Source of the DNA: Vicugna vicugna
Lineage: Eukaryota
Length of the DNA stretch: 64,000 nt
Assembly: GCA_013265495.1 (NCBI GenBank)
Contig: MU058844.1
Location: 8,948,184-9,012,183, forward strand
Direction: 5' to 3'
Position 1 is the first letter of the stretch; each line of letters opens with the position of its first letter. Shown here piece by piece: positions 1 through 11,615 of the stretch. The notes beneath the pieces were generated by a model. The model had not been told where the DNA came from. It saw only the letters and a program-made list of their open reading frames with translations, and did not search any database. The translations under genes and the position numbers were made by a program.

Positions 1-241
1 GGGGGGGGGTAGAGGGTGGGAAGGGATAGACTGGGATTTCAAAATTGTAGAATAGATAAACAAGATTACACTGTATAGCACAGGGAAATATACACAAAAT
101 GTTATGATAAATCACAGAGAAAAAAATGTGACAATGAGTGTGTATATGTCCATGAATGACTGAAAAATTGTGCTGAACACTGGAATTTGACACAACACTG
201 TAAAATGATTATGAATCAATAAAAAATGTAAAAAAAAAAAA
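1..241 (+). mobile_element. LINE-1 3' UTR end with poly(A), camelid-type, cut by the window edge
   Basis: G-rich tract, CTGTATAGCACAGGGAA and GACACAACACTGTAAA motifs, AATAAA, A tail ending at 241. Confidence 0.85.
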
Positions 242-249
242 GAAGGAAA

Positions 250-463
250 AATGGCAGCAGTGGCACTGGTCTCAAGATGGAGAGCAGAAGCACGAAAACT
301 CTCTTTTGACTTTGATTCAGAACGCATACAGCCTCATTTCTGGAGCATGCTATGGTCCTTAGTAAATCACACTCCAGCCCAGATTCAAGGAGTAAGTAAC
401 TGTACTCCTCTTGTTAGTGGGTAGATCTGCCAAAAATTGTGCTCACTTTTGTAATCTACCACA
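250..463 (-). mobile_element. MaLR LTR fragment (old MLT1 type)
   Basis: CCAGCCCAGATTCAAGG motif and terminal TAATCTACCACA (reverse complement of the TGTGGTAG LTR start). Confidence 0.6.
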
Positions 464-544
464 ACCAGACCTGTAGCCATGGAAATGGAAATGGTAAACT
501 TTTTGGATTCCTGAACCAAATTCCAGTGTGTGTGTGTTGAGGGA

Positions 545-1313
545 TGGGGATGGTAGGGGAGATGTCTGATAATTCAACTTAGTTCTGACACCATCTACCC
601 AGAGGTAGCATCAAATTCCACAAGTTGAGGGCTCAGTCCCACAAGACACCCCCTCCCTCTACACACATATACTTTCAGACACTGGTCAGTTGTAAGCTGA
701 GGCTGTTACCTGTGCTTCTGACCAACTGGCTACATATTGGAGGTCCTAGTGACCCGTCCTTGAATTTCGTTAATTTGCTGAAGTGGCTTAGCAAACCCGT
801 TTACTCACTAGATTACCATGTATTATAAAAGACTATAACTCAGGAACAACCACATGAAAGAGATGCATAGGGCAAAGCATGAAGAAAGGGTGTGGAGTTT
901 CCAGGCCTTCTCCAGGTGTGCCATCTGAATCTCCACCTGTTTGCCAATCCAGAAGCTCTCCACATGGAGTCCTTTATGGAGACTTTATTAGTTATGATTG
1001 ATTAATTCATTGGCTACTGATGTCTGAATTTAATATCCAACCTCTCTCTCCTCCCCGGAGGTCCGTGGACGGGACTGAAAGTTCACACTCTCTAATTACT
1101 TGGTTGGCTCCACTGGCAACCAGCCTACTTTCTTAGGAGATCCAAATATCATCTCATTAGCATAACAAAGGCACTTTAAAAATTACTCTCCACACTTAGA
1201 AAATTACAAACGTTTGGGGAGCTGTGAGCCAGGAACCACACAAAGACCAGCTGTAAGTGATATGTATATTCGGTCATCTGAATGACCAAATATACATTTT
1301 TCACAATATTGCA
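545..1313 (-). mobile_element. MER21-like LTR
   Basis: TTGAGGGCTCAGTCCCACAAGAC, CTCATTAGCATAACAAAG and GAGCTGTGAGCCAGGAACC motifs; internal inverted repeat at 1262-1297. Confidence 0.7.
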
Positions 1314-1332
1314 ATACAGATTGTAATGTTGC

Positions 1333-2130
1333 TGTAACACGACCTACGTACCCCACTTATGGAAGTTTTAGATGAGGTAGAAAAGGCAGCTTTATTTCTT
1401 TGCCAGACAATGGAGGTCACAGTGGGCTAATGCCTCTAAGACTGTAGGCCTGCTGAGCAGAGCAGTTTCCATAGAGATCGCACACAGGGTAACAAATTGT
1501 CACAAAGTTGTTCTTGTTTTTACAGTTGCAGGGGTTCTCTTCCCTCTTCTGGGTATGAAGTTCACTTCAGTCTTTGGGACTCTTAATATTCTTGTACCTA
1601 GAACAAAGGATGCATAGGAAGGGGCTCCTTGGCAAAGAGCTCTAAAGAAAAACTTGTGCAGTTGAAAGTCAGGTTGAGAAATGCTTTTAGCCTTTGAATC
1701 AGGCTGAGACCAGGGCCCTTTGCTGCAGGCTGACGCCTGCAGCTTGAACAACAGGATACAAGAAAACCACAAGGGGTCAAAAGCAGGGCACTGGGCATGA
1801 TCCCTGCACACAGCACCAGCACCCCAAGGAGACTGGGCAGACCACCCAAGCCTCCTCCTTTCCAGCCTAACCCTGGGTCAGCAAGAGCATGAGAAAAACC
1901 CTTTAAACCACTGCAGTGAGGCATTGCAGTTAAGCAGTTACAAACACCATTACAGGTATCAGATGGTCACCAGTGATGACAATAGGGTCTTGCTTGGTTA
2001 CAATTCCTCCTCCCACCCCCTCCTTCTCTTTGATACTCCTCAGTCTTGAGGAGGAACAGGTATGGAACAAGAGAGGTTAATCGTAAACTTGGCAGAGGAA
2101 CTTGGTTTTAATTTCCATCTCTGTTTCAGT
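1333..2130 (-). mobile_element. ERV LTR (1333-2002) with adjacent polypurine tract and short internal remnant
   Basis: On the minus strand AAGAGAAGGAGGGGGTGGGAGGAGGAAT directly precedes TGTAACC...; the LTR ends ...TGTTACA at 1333; AATAAA near 1391-1396 (minus). Confidence 0.65.
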
Positions 2131-2254
2131 AAGATAATAATGGGAACTGAAATCTGAGAAATAATTGAAGAAGGGTGAAAAGGCAAGTTAAATCATTTGA
2201 ACTAAGTAATTTGAGAAGCAACATAATTCATGTGATTAAAGATTTGTAGTAAGG

Positions 2255-2490
2255 TTGACCTGGATTAAAGTTCTGTTCAATTTTATCACCAATTCCCTTC
2301 CCTGAAAACTGGCCTTAGATATGTCATTTATTTTCTTTAAGTTTTCATTTGTTTTTTCATTTGCAGAAAACTGAACATGATGATATCTGCCTCATTAGGT
2401 GATTGGTTGGATTAAATGAAATCTTGAAGTAAAGTACATAGCTGTATGCTTGCTATAGTATGGGTTCAAAAAATGCCATTACTATATTAT
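2255..2490 (+). mobile_element. MIR SINE
   Basis: Degenerate MIR core and 3' end (ATCTGCCTCA...GGATTAAATGA...GTAAAGTAC). Confidence 0.6.
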
Positions 2491-4509
2491 TTGTAGACAG
2501 TATTTTTCTTAGTACTATTATAAATAGTATCCTGATTACAAGAAAAATACATATCAGAAGGAAAACTCCATTGGAAAGTAATTCCGTTTTGGACAAAGTT
2601 TGATTCCATGGTCAATAAATAGTTGCTGGGACATTGAAAATTTAGAACTGGAGTTTTAGATGGAAATCACAGATAGAAATATTCATATAGAGATGGCAGT
2701 TGAAACCTTGGAAATGAAGGAAATCTGGAGTGAAAATTTGTACAAGAAAAAGAGCAGGGAGCCAAAACTAAATATTTAGGGATTTAGAAGATTAGATTAT
2801 GGTTAACTTAGCAAGTTTGATCAAATATATAGGATAAGAAGATATTTTTGTTGTTGTTTGCATTTCTGGCACTAAATTTCTGCTCATCATGTTTCCAATC
2901 ACTGACATCATCGCCAACTGTTAGAATCCTATTCCTCTGTAAAGATATATTGCATATAGCCCCTGCTTTCCAAGCTGAATGATCTCAGCCTGAAGCAGAG
3001 TATATATGAATCATAATAGATCAAGAAATACTTTAATTTAATGAAAGAGAAGGTGCAAGGTTCATAATATAAATAAAATTCCAAAATTTTCTGATAATCC
3101 TTCATAATGCATAAACATTAAATTTAAATATATCTAACCATAGATATTTAAATATAATCATGTTCACATTTGATGATCGTCAGTCATAGGCTTCCCCTAA
3201 ATTCTAAACTCAAATATTTTTAGAAGACAAATAGTTATCCCTGATAGTTGAGTATAAAATTAGCACTACGAGATACAAATGGTAATTACTAATTGCAATT
3301 GGTATAAGAAACCATGAATCATCTGCTTCCTTCAAAAACAACCTGCCATTCATTTTATTAACGGCTCACCACAGGGCAGAACATTGGCCAGATTATCAAC
3401 AATTGTGGCCTCCATTGTATATTTGAGTATTGTAATCTTAGTGTGAATCTAGTGTGAAATATTACATCATTTTTCAGTTCTATTCAATGGACATTTACTT
3501 AACATATATTCTATGAAGGACGTGCTATGAAGGAAGGATGTTTATCAACTAAGAAAACATTTAGTTAGTGTGAAACACATATTTTAACTTTCTTTGGTTA
3601 AATTCAAAAACATTTTTCAGCTTTGGTAAAACCTGTTGTGACTGCATAATATATTTTATTGCTGATGTTCGGAAAACTAAATTTTTCAACTGAGTAGACA
3701 TTCTTTGTAAGTGTGGTTAAGGGGAAAGTGTGTGTTTGAGTCATCCTGGGTGTGGGAAGGGAGGTAGGTGGTTGTATTTTATTTTTCTAGGCTGTAGGTG
3801 GTATGTTGATATGTTGGGGCTATTTCAAGACTCGGGAGTGAATGTTCTATTGTAGTTTCTATTTTCTTTTGTCAGAGATGTGCTGAATGTTGTTTTTGTT
3901 GCATGTGGTATTTGGAAATTTGATCCAGAGGAACATGTTTTAAGAGAAAAAAGAAGTGGGGGAAAATTGATATCAGTCAAACCTACTCCTACACTACTCA
4001 TCTGGTGGTTGTTACTGCTTCTGTAGTTTTATTTTGTTTCCCCACGAGACAGGTACTGAGTGGAGAACAAGATTGTTAGCTTTTCTATTTAACATGCTAG
4101 GGGCTTTGACAATTCCCTTACAACAAGTACTTCCCTCAAAGGAGAGAAGAGAAAAGCCACAGGAAACATGAGAAGAATTTGGGAAGAAGGTTCCAAAATA
4201 TATTGAAGTGAGAAAGAAAATTTAAGACACACAAAAAGGAAAACTGGAGTTGCTGTTTCCATCTGACCATATTAAATATGGAGCTCTAATAAATCCTTTC
4301 ATAAAGACTTCAGATTTATAAAATGATTATCAACCTGCATAGGTCATATGTGGGTGAAATCAATTAGATAAATATTGCTCCAAGATCCGTCCTCAGCTGT
4401 TTACTGTCTCTCTCCATAAAATCATCCAAACGTGTGACTCCAGGTATAGCTATAAAAGTTATCTATCACCGTAAAGAAATTTATCTCTTAGCATATACTA
4501 TTTATTACT

Positions 4510-4930
4510 TATGCTTATCCTGAGTTCTAGATCCACTTTACAACTTGAGTGTCATATAAACACCTCAGGTACCAATCCAGTATTGCCCTCATTTTTTTTC
4601 TCCTGTATTTTATATTTTAGTAAATGGTTCTACTACCAAGTCAAGGGCTCCAGTTCAACACTTGAATATCATTCTTGAATCTTTCTTTTTCCTGATCTAC
4701 TCTTCCATCACCAACTTCCACCAATGTAATCTCCAATTTCCATCAATTAAATCTTCAAAATAGATCTCCAACCCAAACATTTTCTTTTCTTTTCACTGTT
4801 GCAGCCCTGGTGCCAGTCACTGCTGTCTCTCAGTCCTACCTCTGCTACAGCCTCCTCGTTAGATTCCTTACACACAGTATTCCCTCACGTTATTCTTTAA
4901 CTTCTGTGATGTGCAAATCTGATCACAGCA
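4510..4930 (+). mobile_element. LINE-2 fragment
   Basis: TCATTCTTGAATCTTTC, CTTCAAAATAGATCTC, ACAGCCTCCT and TGCAAATCTGATCA motifs. Confidence 0.6.
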
Positions 4931-5259
4931 TAGATGCAATGAAATACTAGAGGAAGTGAGTTGGAGCACAGGGGATGGTAATCATGCAGTTAGATTCCTA
5001 AAATTGAGCTTTAGAAGATCAGGCTGTTACTGATGATGACAACATCAAGGTGTTGCCGTGAACGTGGGTGTCAGAGAAAAACTAACGGAGCTGAGGAGAC
5101 TAGCAAACTGAAAAAGCAGTCTGTTGAATGAATTTCCTGTGATTCTTCAAGCCGTTAAGAATGGCAATAAGAATAGGTGGAGAACCTGAACTTCTACCTC
5201 TACCTGGAATTGATGAGGCAGCACCCCGCTTCACCTACTGGAGTAGTCAGTGGAGGCTT

Positions 5260-6317
5260 GTGAAAACTTAAAATTTAAATAAGATCCATGATTCGTAAAA
5301 TAATATCCAAACTGTCCAGGTTTCAATAGGAAATTACTAGCATATCAAGAAACAGGGAAAGCCCAAACTGAATGAGAATTGACAATCAACAGATTATCAA
5401 TCCTGAGATGGCACAATTGTTAGAATTCTCTGAAAAGGATTTTAAAACACCCATCATTAAAATGCTTCAATCAGCAACTATAAACATGCTTGAAACAAAT
5501 AAAAAATAAAGTCTCAGCAAAGCAATGTAAAGTTTCAGCGAAGTAATAGATATAAATGGAATCAAATGGGAATTTTGGAGCCAAAAAGTACAATAACAAG
5601 AATAAAAACTCAATGGGTGGGCTCATCAGCAGAATGAAGAAGGCAGGGGAAAGAATCATTGCACTTGGAGATTAAAAAAAAAAAAACAGAGATCACGGGG
5701 GGAAAGAGTAAATAAACTGAAAAATAGTCTCACACATGGAACTGAAAGAAAATCTCTATCATTCATATCTGTGCAATCCAAAAAAGAAAGGAGATGGAGG
5801 GATGAGCTGGAAAAGTGGTATAAGAAATAACAGCTGAAGATTTCCCATTTTCCCATCCTAGTCAAATTTCTGAAAACAAAAATCTTAAAAAGCAACCAGA
5901 GAGAAGTGACCCATTATTTATAGGAGAAAACCAGTTCGAATGACAATGGAATTTCATCAAAAATCTTAGATGTCAGAAGAAAGTGTATTTATTTAAATGC
6001 TGAAAGAAAAGAAATGTCAATGCAGATTCATATATGCATTGAAAACATCCTTTAAAATGCAGGGGATAATCAAGATATTCTCAGAAAAGAACAAAGCAAG
6101 AGAATTTGGCACCAATAGTCCTACTCTAAAAGTGTGTCTAAAGGAAATTCTCTAAACAGAAAGGAAGTGATGAAAGAAGGAATCTTGGAACATCAGGAAG
6201 GAAGAAAAAACATGGAAGGGGCATAAATACAGACTTTCCTTTTCCTCTTGAGTTTTCATGATTATATTTGACGGTTGAAATAAAAAATTATTACACTATC
6301 TAATGTGGTTCTCAAAA
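5260..6317 (+). mobile_element. Ancient L1M 5'/ORF1 remnant
   Basis: A-rich sequence with AAAATCTTAAAAAGCAACCAGAGA, AATGCTGAAAGAAAAG and AAAACATCCTTTAAAA, typical of decayed L1 ORF1. Confidence 0.7.
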
Positions 6318-7329
6318 CTAATAATGATGACAAGTAATGTCTATGAAAATTGTATTATAATGTACAGCATATTCCTTATAGGAAAAATATTCTACTTTTT
6401 TCCACAAGAGGTCACTGCAAGAGCCTCTGGGGGAAGGAAGTTGTTTTAACCAAGAAGAATTAATGTGTAAGACAGGAAAACGACTCAATTTCAGAAAGTT
6501 ATTAATAGCCTTCCCTGCTCTGGGGAGGAGCAAAGTTACGATTGGATTGGAGCACTTCATCAAGTCACTTGAAGGCCAGAAATAGGCCCTTTGCTCTAAA
6601 GAGTACAAAACGAAGAGCCTAAACACTTTTTCATTCCACAAAGTCAGCTTACAGAATCATTCCAATTTTATGAAAAATGAGATTAGTCAGTTGCAGCAGG
6701 AACATTCAGAGAGAGACTGGAGACTTCCCGCCTTATCCACAACTTTAAACCCTTAGGTATAAAATTCATATTGCCAGCTACAAAAAGATGCCGACCTTCA
6801 AACCAAACATTTATACAGTTCATGAGAACAAAACCCGCTATTGAAAAGATAACAGACATTTCTACAAATGCAGGAGGCTCCTACTTTTATTTGCATTCAT
6901 ACTTGGTGTGGGAGGGCACAAAAACTGCTTTACTGGAAAAAAAAAACCAAAAAACAACAAAAAACGGTAACATTTTACTTACATGCCAAGCCATTACAAA
7001 GTGAATTCACAGCTTAACACAGAGAGTACCTATAAATAGATTTTTTTTTTTACTTCCAAGCTTTGCCAAAGAGTCCAGCAGAGTTTTAAGTACCCGGATC
7101 TCTTATTGTTGGCATATATTTTCCTAAGCTCCTAATAAAAATAGAAACACTCTATTACCCCCCAACACATGCGCGCACCAAACAAGAATAAATTTACCTT
7201 AGATATCATCCTAATGAGGGATTATGGCTAATTTTATACTCTCCTATCTTGTTTAATAGTTTTCATTTACTCTCATTATCTTTTTATATTTAATTATACT
7301 GTTTTCTTCTGTAATTGTGTGCTCTTTAG

Positions 7330-7755
7330 TTTATTAAGATTTCTTTCCATTGATCATAAAATTCCTCCTGCCTGGAATGCTCTGTTGCACATCTGCTATA
7401 CTCTTCTCCATTGGCAAGCTCTTTTTAGCTCTCAAGAACCATTTTAAAAGTAACCTCCTTTGGGGAAATCTCTGCAGGTATTTTCTTGACCTGCAGAAAG
7501 AAGAAAAAAATGAGAGGAAAAAAACACCCTAACCTTACCATGACTACAGCCCTAGTTCTCTGACCTGAGTTCCTAGGTGATCTCCAGAATATCTTGTATC
7601 ACATTATATTAGAATTGTCTGCGCATCTGCCTCTCCTCAAGGTTGTCAGAAACTAAAAGGTGGGGACAATGAGAAATTTTTTTTAAACCAAATCTCCTAT
7701 ACCTAACCCAGTACCCAGGACATTACTCCAGTGTCAGGTTTAGTAAATGTTTCCT
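7330..7755 (+). mobile_element. LINE-2 3' fragment
   Basis: CTGCCTGGAATGCTCT, ACCTCCT and CCTAACCCAGTACC...AGTAAATGTT motifs. Confidence 0.55.
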
Positions 7756-7757
7756 AC

Positions 7758-8428
7758 ATTGTGTATGTGTACTACCTTTTCTTTATCCATTTATCTGTCA
7801 GTGAACACTATGGTTGTTTCCATGTCTTGGCTACTGTAAAGACTACTGCTATGAACATGGAGGTGCAGGTATCTGTTTTAGATAGTGTTTTCATTTCTGG
7901 CAGACGTATGACCAGAAGTGGAATTGCTGGGTCGTATGGTAGTTCTATTTTTAATTTTTGAGGACTCACCATACTTTTTTTTCCATAGTCACTCCACCAG
8001 TTTATATTCCCACCAGCAGTGAGTGCACAAGGATTCCTTTTTCTTACTGGTATCTCTTGTCTTTTTGACAATAGCCATACTGACAGATGTGAATTGCCAT
8101 CTCACTATGCTTTTTGTTCTGCATTTTCCTGATGATTAGCCATGTGTGGTACCTTTCCGTATAATTGTTGTCCATTTAAATATTTTATTTGGGAATGTCT
8201 ATTCTAGTCCTTTGCCTATTTTTAAACTGGATTGTTTTTATTTTTTTGCTATTGAGTTGTAAGAGCTCCTTAAATATTTTAGATAGTAACCCATTATCAG
8301 ATATGTGATTTGCAAATATTTTTCCCATCCTGTAGATTGGTTTTTCATTTTGTTGACTGTTTCTTTTTGCTGTGCAGAAGCTTTTTCAGTATGATGTAGT
8401 CCCACTTGTTTATTTTTGCTTTTAGTGC
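7758..8428 (-). mobile_element. LINE-1 ORF2 C-terminal fragment
   Basis: Minus ORF 7808-8071 gives LKIELPYDPAIPLL...TCTSMFIAVVFTVAKTWKQP, the L1 ORF2p C-terminus; frameshifted. Confidence 0.9.
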
Positions 8429-8605
8429 TTATCTTACCATATATCTCAGGGGAAAGTAGAGCTTTTGTGCCCTATAGAAAGCAGAAAAATTTTGGCTTTC
8501 ATTTGGTTAGGCTGTAGCTGCATTGCCTGACCTGGCAAGTCTCATGTACCCAGCCAGAATTGGGATTGAGAGCTAGAGATCAAAGAAGCATCTGTACTGA
8601 GGAGT

Positions 8606-9072
8606 TGTATTTGTTTCCTACTGTCACTGTAACAAATTACCACAAATTTAGTAGGTTAAATGACATAAATTTGTTTTCCAGAGGTCAGAAATCTGATACT
8701 GATTTCACTGAGCTAAAGTCAAGGTGTCAGCCAGGCTGTATTCTTTCTGCAGGATCCAGGGAAGAACCTGTTTCCCTGTCTTTTCTAGCTCCTAGAATCC
8801 ACCTATACTCCTTGGCTTATGGCGGCTTTCTCCATCTCCAAGCCAGCAATGTATCATGTGCAAATCACTTTCTCATGCTAGTGCTCTGCCCTCCTCTTTT
8901 AATGATTTTTATGATTAAATTTGGGGCCACTGATCCAGGATAGTCTTTCCATCTCAAGTTCCTTGAGTTAATTACATCTGTGAAGTCATTTTACCATGTA
9001 AAGCAACATATTGACAGATTTCAGAGATTGGAATGTGAACATCATTGAAGAGCCATTATTCTGCCTATCACA
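8606..9072 (-). mobile_element. MaLR solo LTR (MLT1C/D-like)
   Basis: TG...CA ends, TGTAACAAATTACCACAAA, TCAAGGTGTCAGC and ATTCTGCCTATCACA. Confidence 0.8.
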
Positions 9073-9539
9073 AGAATTCTTTTGGTGGCTCACCAGAAGC
9101 AGCAGTGACCTAGATCCTAGTGGGAACATCTGGAGTCCAGTAGAAGCTGTACATCTAGGCGTTCAGTGTTCTGTGATAACAGGTTTTCACTTGATGGATC
9201 CTGGGTTTGAAGTTTAATGTTTGGCCTGGTCCCAGTTACTGTCAAACCTCTGGTCTTTCTTTGTATTTCCAAGTCAGGTGCCTTTTTTTTTTTTTTTGGT
9301 GTTTCTACAAGCTATTGGATACCCTTTCCATACATTTATTTTCTGCCTAGTTAGAATCCTGCCTGCATAGGAGAGAGAGTGCAGAGCATATAGAGAATAT
9401 GGATGAGATAGCTAATGTTTGAAGATAAAAGATCCAGGCAAAACAAAACAAAACAAAACCAGCAGAAAAAAAAATAAGAGAGTGTCCAGCTGATGACCAA
9501 GGCTAATCATTGATTTACTGAATAAATATACTAGAGATT

Positions 9540-9959
9540 TTTAAAATTGAAGTACAGTTGATTTATAATATTGTGTTAGTTTCAGGTGTATAACATAGTG
9601 ATTCAATATTGTTACAGATTATAATCTGTTTAAAGTTATTAAAAAATCAAGGCTCTATTTCTCTGCACTGTACAATATATCTTTGTTGTTTATTTATTTT
9701 ATACACAGTAGTTTGTATCTCTTAATCCCATACCCCTATCTAGTACTTACCCCCTTTCCTCTCTCCACTGGTAACCACTCCTTTGTTCTCTATATCTGTG
9801 AGTCTGTCTCTGTTTGTTTATTTTTTTAGATTCCACAAATAAGTGATAACATAGAGTATTTGTCATTCTCTGACTTGTTTGACTAAGTGTAATACTCTCT
9901 AGCTCCATCCAAGTTGCTGCAAATGGCAAAATCTTATTGTTTATGGCTGAGTAATATTC

Positions 9960-10009
<50 letters not shown>

Positions 10010-10332
10010 CATATAACACATCTTCTTCATCAGTTGATGGACACTTAGATTTCTTCCATACCTTTTTTGATACTGAATTATATGAGTTGTTTAAGTAGTT
10101 TAGATTTTATTAACTCACTATCAGTCATAACAGTTGCAAATATTTTCTCCCATTCATTAGGTTGTCTTTTTGTATTGTCAGTGGTTTCCTTTGTTGTGAA
10201 AAAGCTTTTAAGTTTGATTAGGTCCCATTTGTTTATTTTTGTTTCTACTTTTGCCTTAAGAGACAGATCCAAAAAAATAATGCTACAATTTATGTCAAAG
10301 AGTGTTCTGCCTATGTTCTCTTCTAGGAGTTT
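9540..10332 (-). mobile_element. 5'-truncated LINE-1 with internal deletion and diverged TSD
   Basis: 3' UTR at 9540-9830, ORF2p peptides (ILPFAATWMELESITLS; INKWDLIKLKSF...QPNEWEKIFA); flanking TAAATATACTAGAGATT (9523-9539) and TAAATGCACTAGAGGTT (10333-10349). Confidence 0.88.
9962..10007. repeat. (GT)23 microsatellite inside L1
   Basis: Read directly. Confidence 0.95.
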
Positions 10333-11596
10333 TAAATGCACTAGAGGTTAATTAGTTTTTAATCTTAAAGGCTTTTCATCTAAACAGTTTTTTTTTAATG
10401 ATGCATAGGTTTTAAGTTGCTATCTAGTTAAATCACACTATCAAAGCTCATTCACTGTAATAGAAATCTTATTGATGTAATCAACACATTATAAAACTTA
10501 TATCTATCTATCTATAGAGGTATATCCTTAGATCTATGGTAGGTAAACATTTACAAAGCTTGTATGATCTAATTTATGTCCATTTCTTATTGTGATGTTA
10601 ATCACAGAGCTTATTTTACCTTTCTTCTTGGCACATATCTCTTCTGGAAGAGGTAGAAAGGTCAACTAATTTAGTTTACCCAGGGGAGCCTGCTCAGCCT
10701 CTCTCGGACTGTGGTCCTCTTCCTTCATTCTATTGGCTTTGGGCCACTCCCTGCTATTCTAGCACTGAAAACAACTGGAGTCTTAGTGTCCTTGAATCCC
10801 TTTGCTATGAAGAGAACTATCTATGAAGCCTACAAATGTGACCCAGGAGGCAGCAGCTCCAAAAAACAGAACTCAGTAGATGTTGATTTGCATTCTAGAA
10901 ATCGGGTGGAGAGAGTGAAAAACAGGAACAGAACTGTTGATTGCTAGTTAGTTCTTGCGAATGAGACGTAAACACACCTAAAACAGACTTAGTCAAGATC
11001 ATCTGGCTCAAATATCTCACTTTGTAAATGAGGAAACAGGCCTAGAAAGCTTAAATAACTAGCTCAGGATCAATACATATTTAACAGCTTCAGTACCTGA
11101 TTGTATTGGTATTATTTCTTAAGTGTCTTTGAGAATAAAAGTCCTTTAAGTACGTGAGACAGTCAGGAAGAAATTCTTTGCTAATACTAATACTAGTACT
11201 TTTCTAATACTAATCTTAGATATTATTAGTATTATATCCTAAAATTTCTCTTTCTCCTGAAAATAATATTAAAGATAGCACTAAAACTTCATTTTATAAA
11301 ATTAAACCATTATATTAGTTTTATGGATCAATGATATTCATGGTTTAAACCTCATAAGTAACCATAGCAAACTATTTACTTATTTATTATCTTTCTTGAG
11401 TAATTTTATTGCAGCCAATATTGAATTTTCAGAAATCAAGATTTTGCTTATAATTTACATTGAACAATATTCATAGTTTTTTAATAATTATATATTATGA
11501 AGTGAATTTTCAGATATTACTAAAACCTCAAAACATTTACTAGATAGAACAAAACAAATGTTAACATTTTCATTTTGTTGTTAGTGGCATCATATA

Positions 11597-11615
11597 TGGC
11601 CACAAGAGGGCAATC
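11597..11615 (+). promoter_or_regulatory. Candidate CTCF site
   Basis: TGGCCACAAGAGGGCAATC versus consensus TGGCCACCAGGGGGCGCTA, in unique sequence. Confidence 0.5.

Noticed and set aside
1262..1297. 16-bp hairpin as a miRNA or novel RNA
   Set aside because: It lies within the MER21-like LTR and is too short for a pre-miRNA.
6983..7029. 47-nt minus-strand exon (TAG|...|GTAAGT) as a coding exon
   Set aside because: Stops in all three frames and an A-rich acceptor without a pyrimidine tract.
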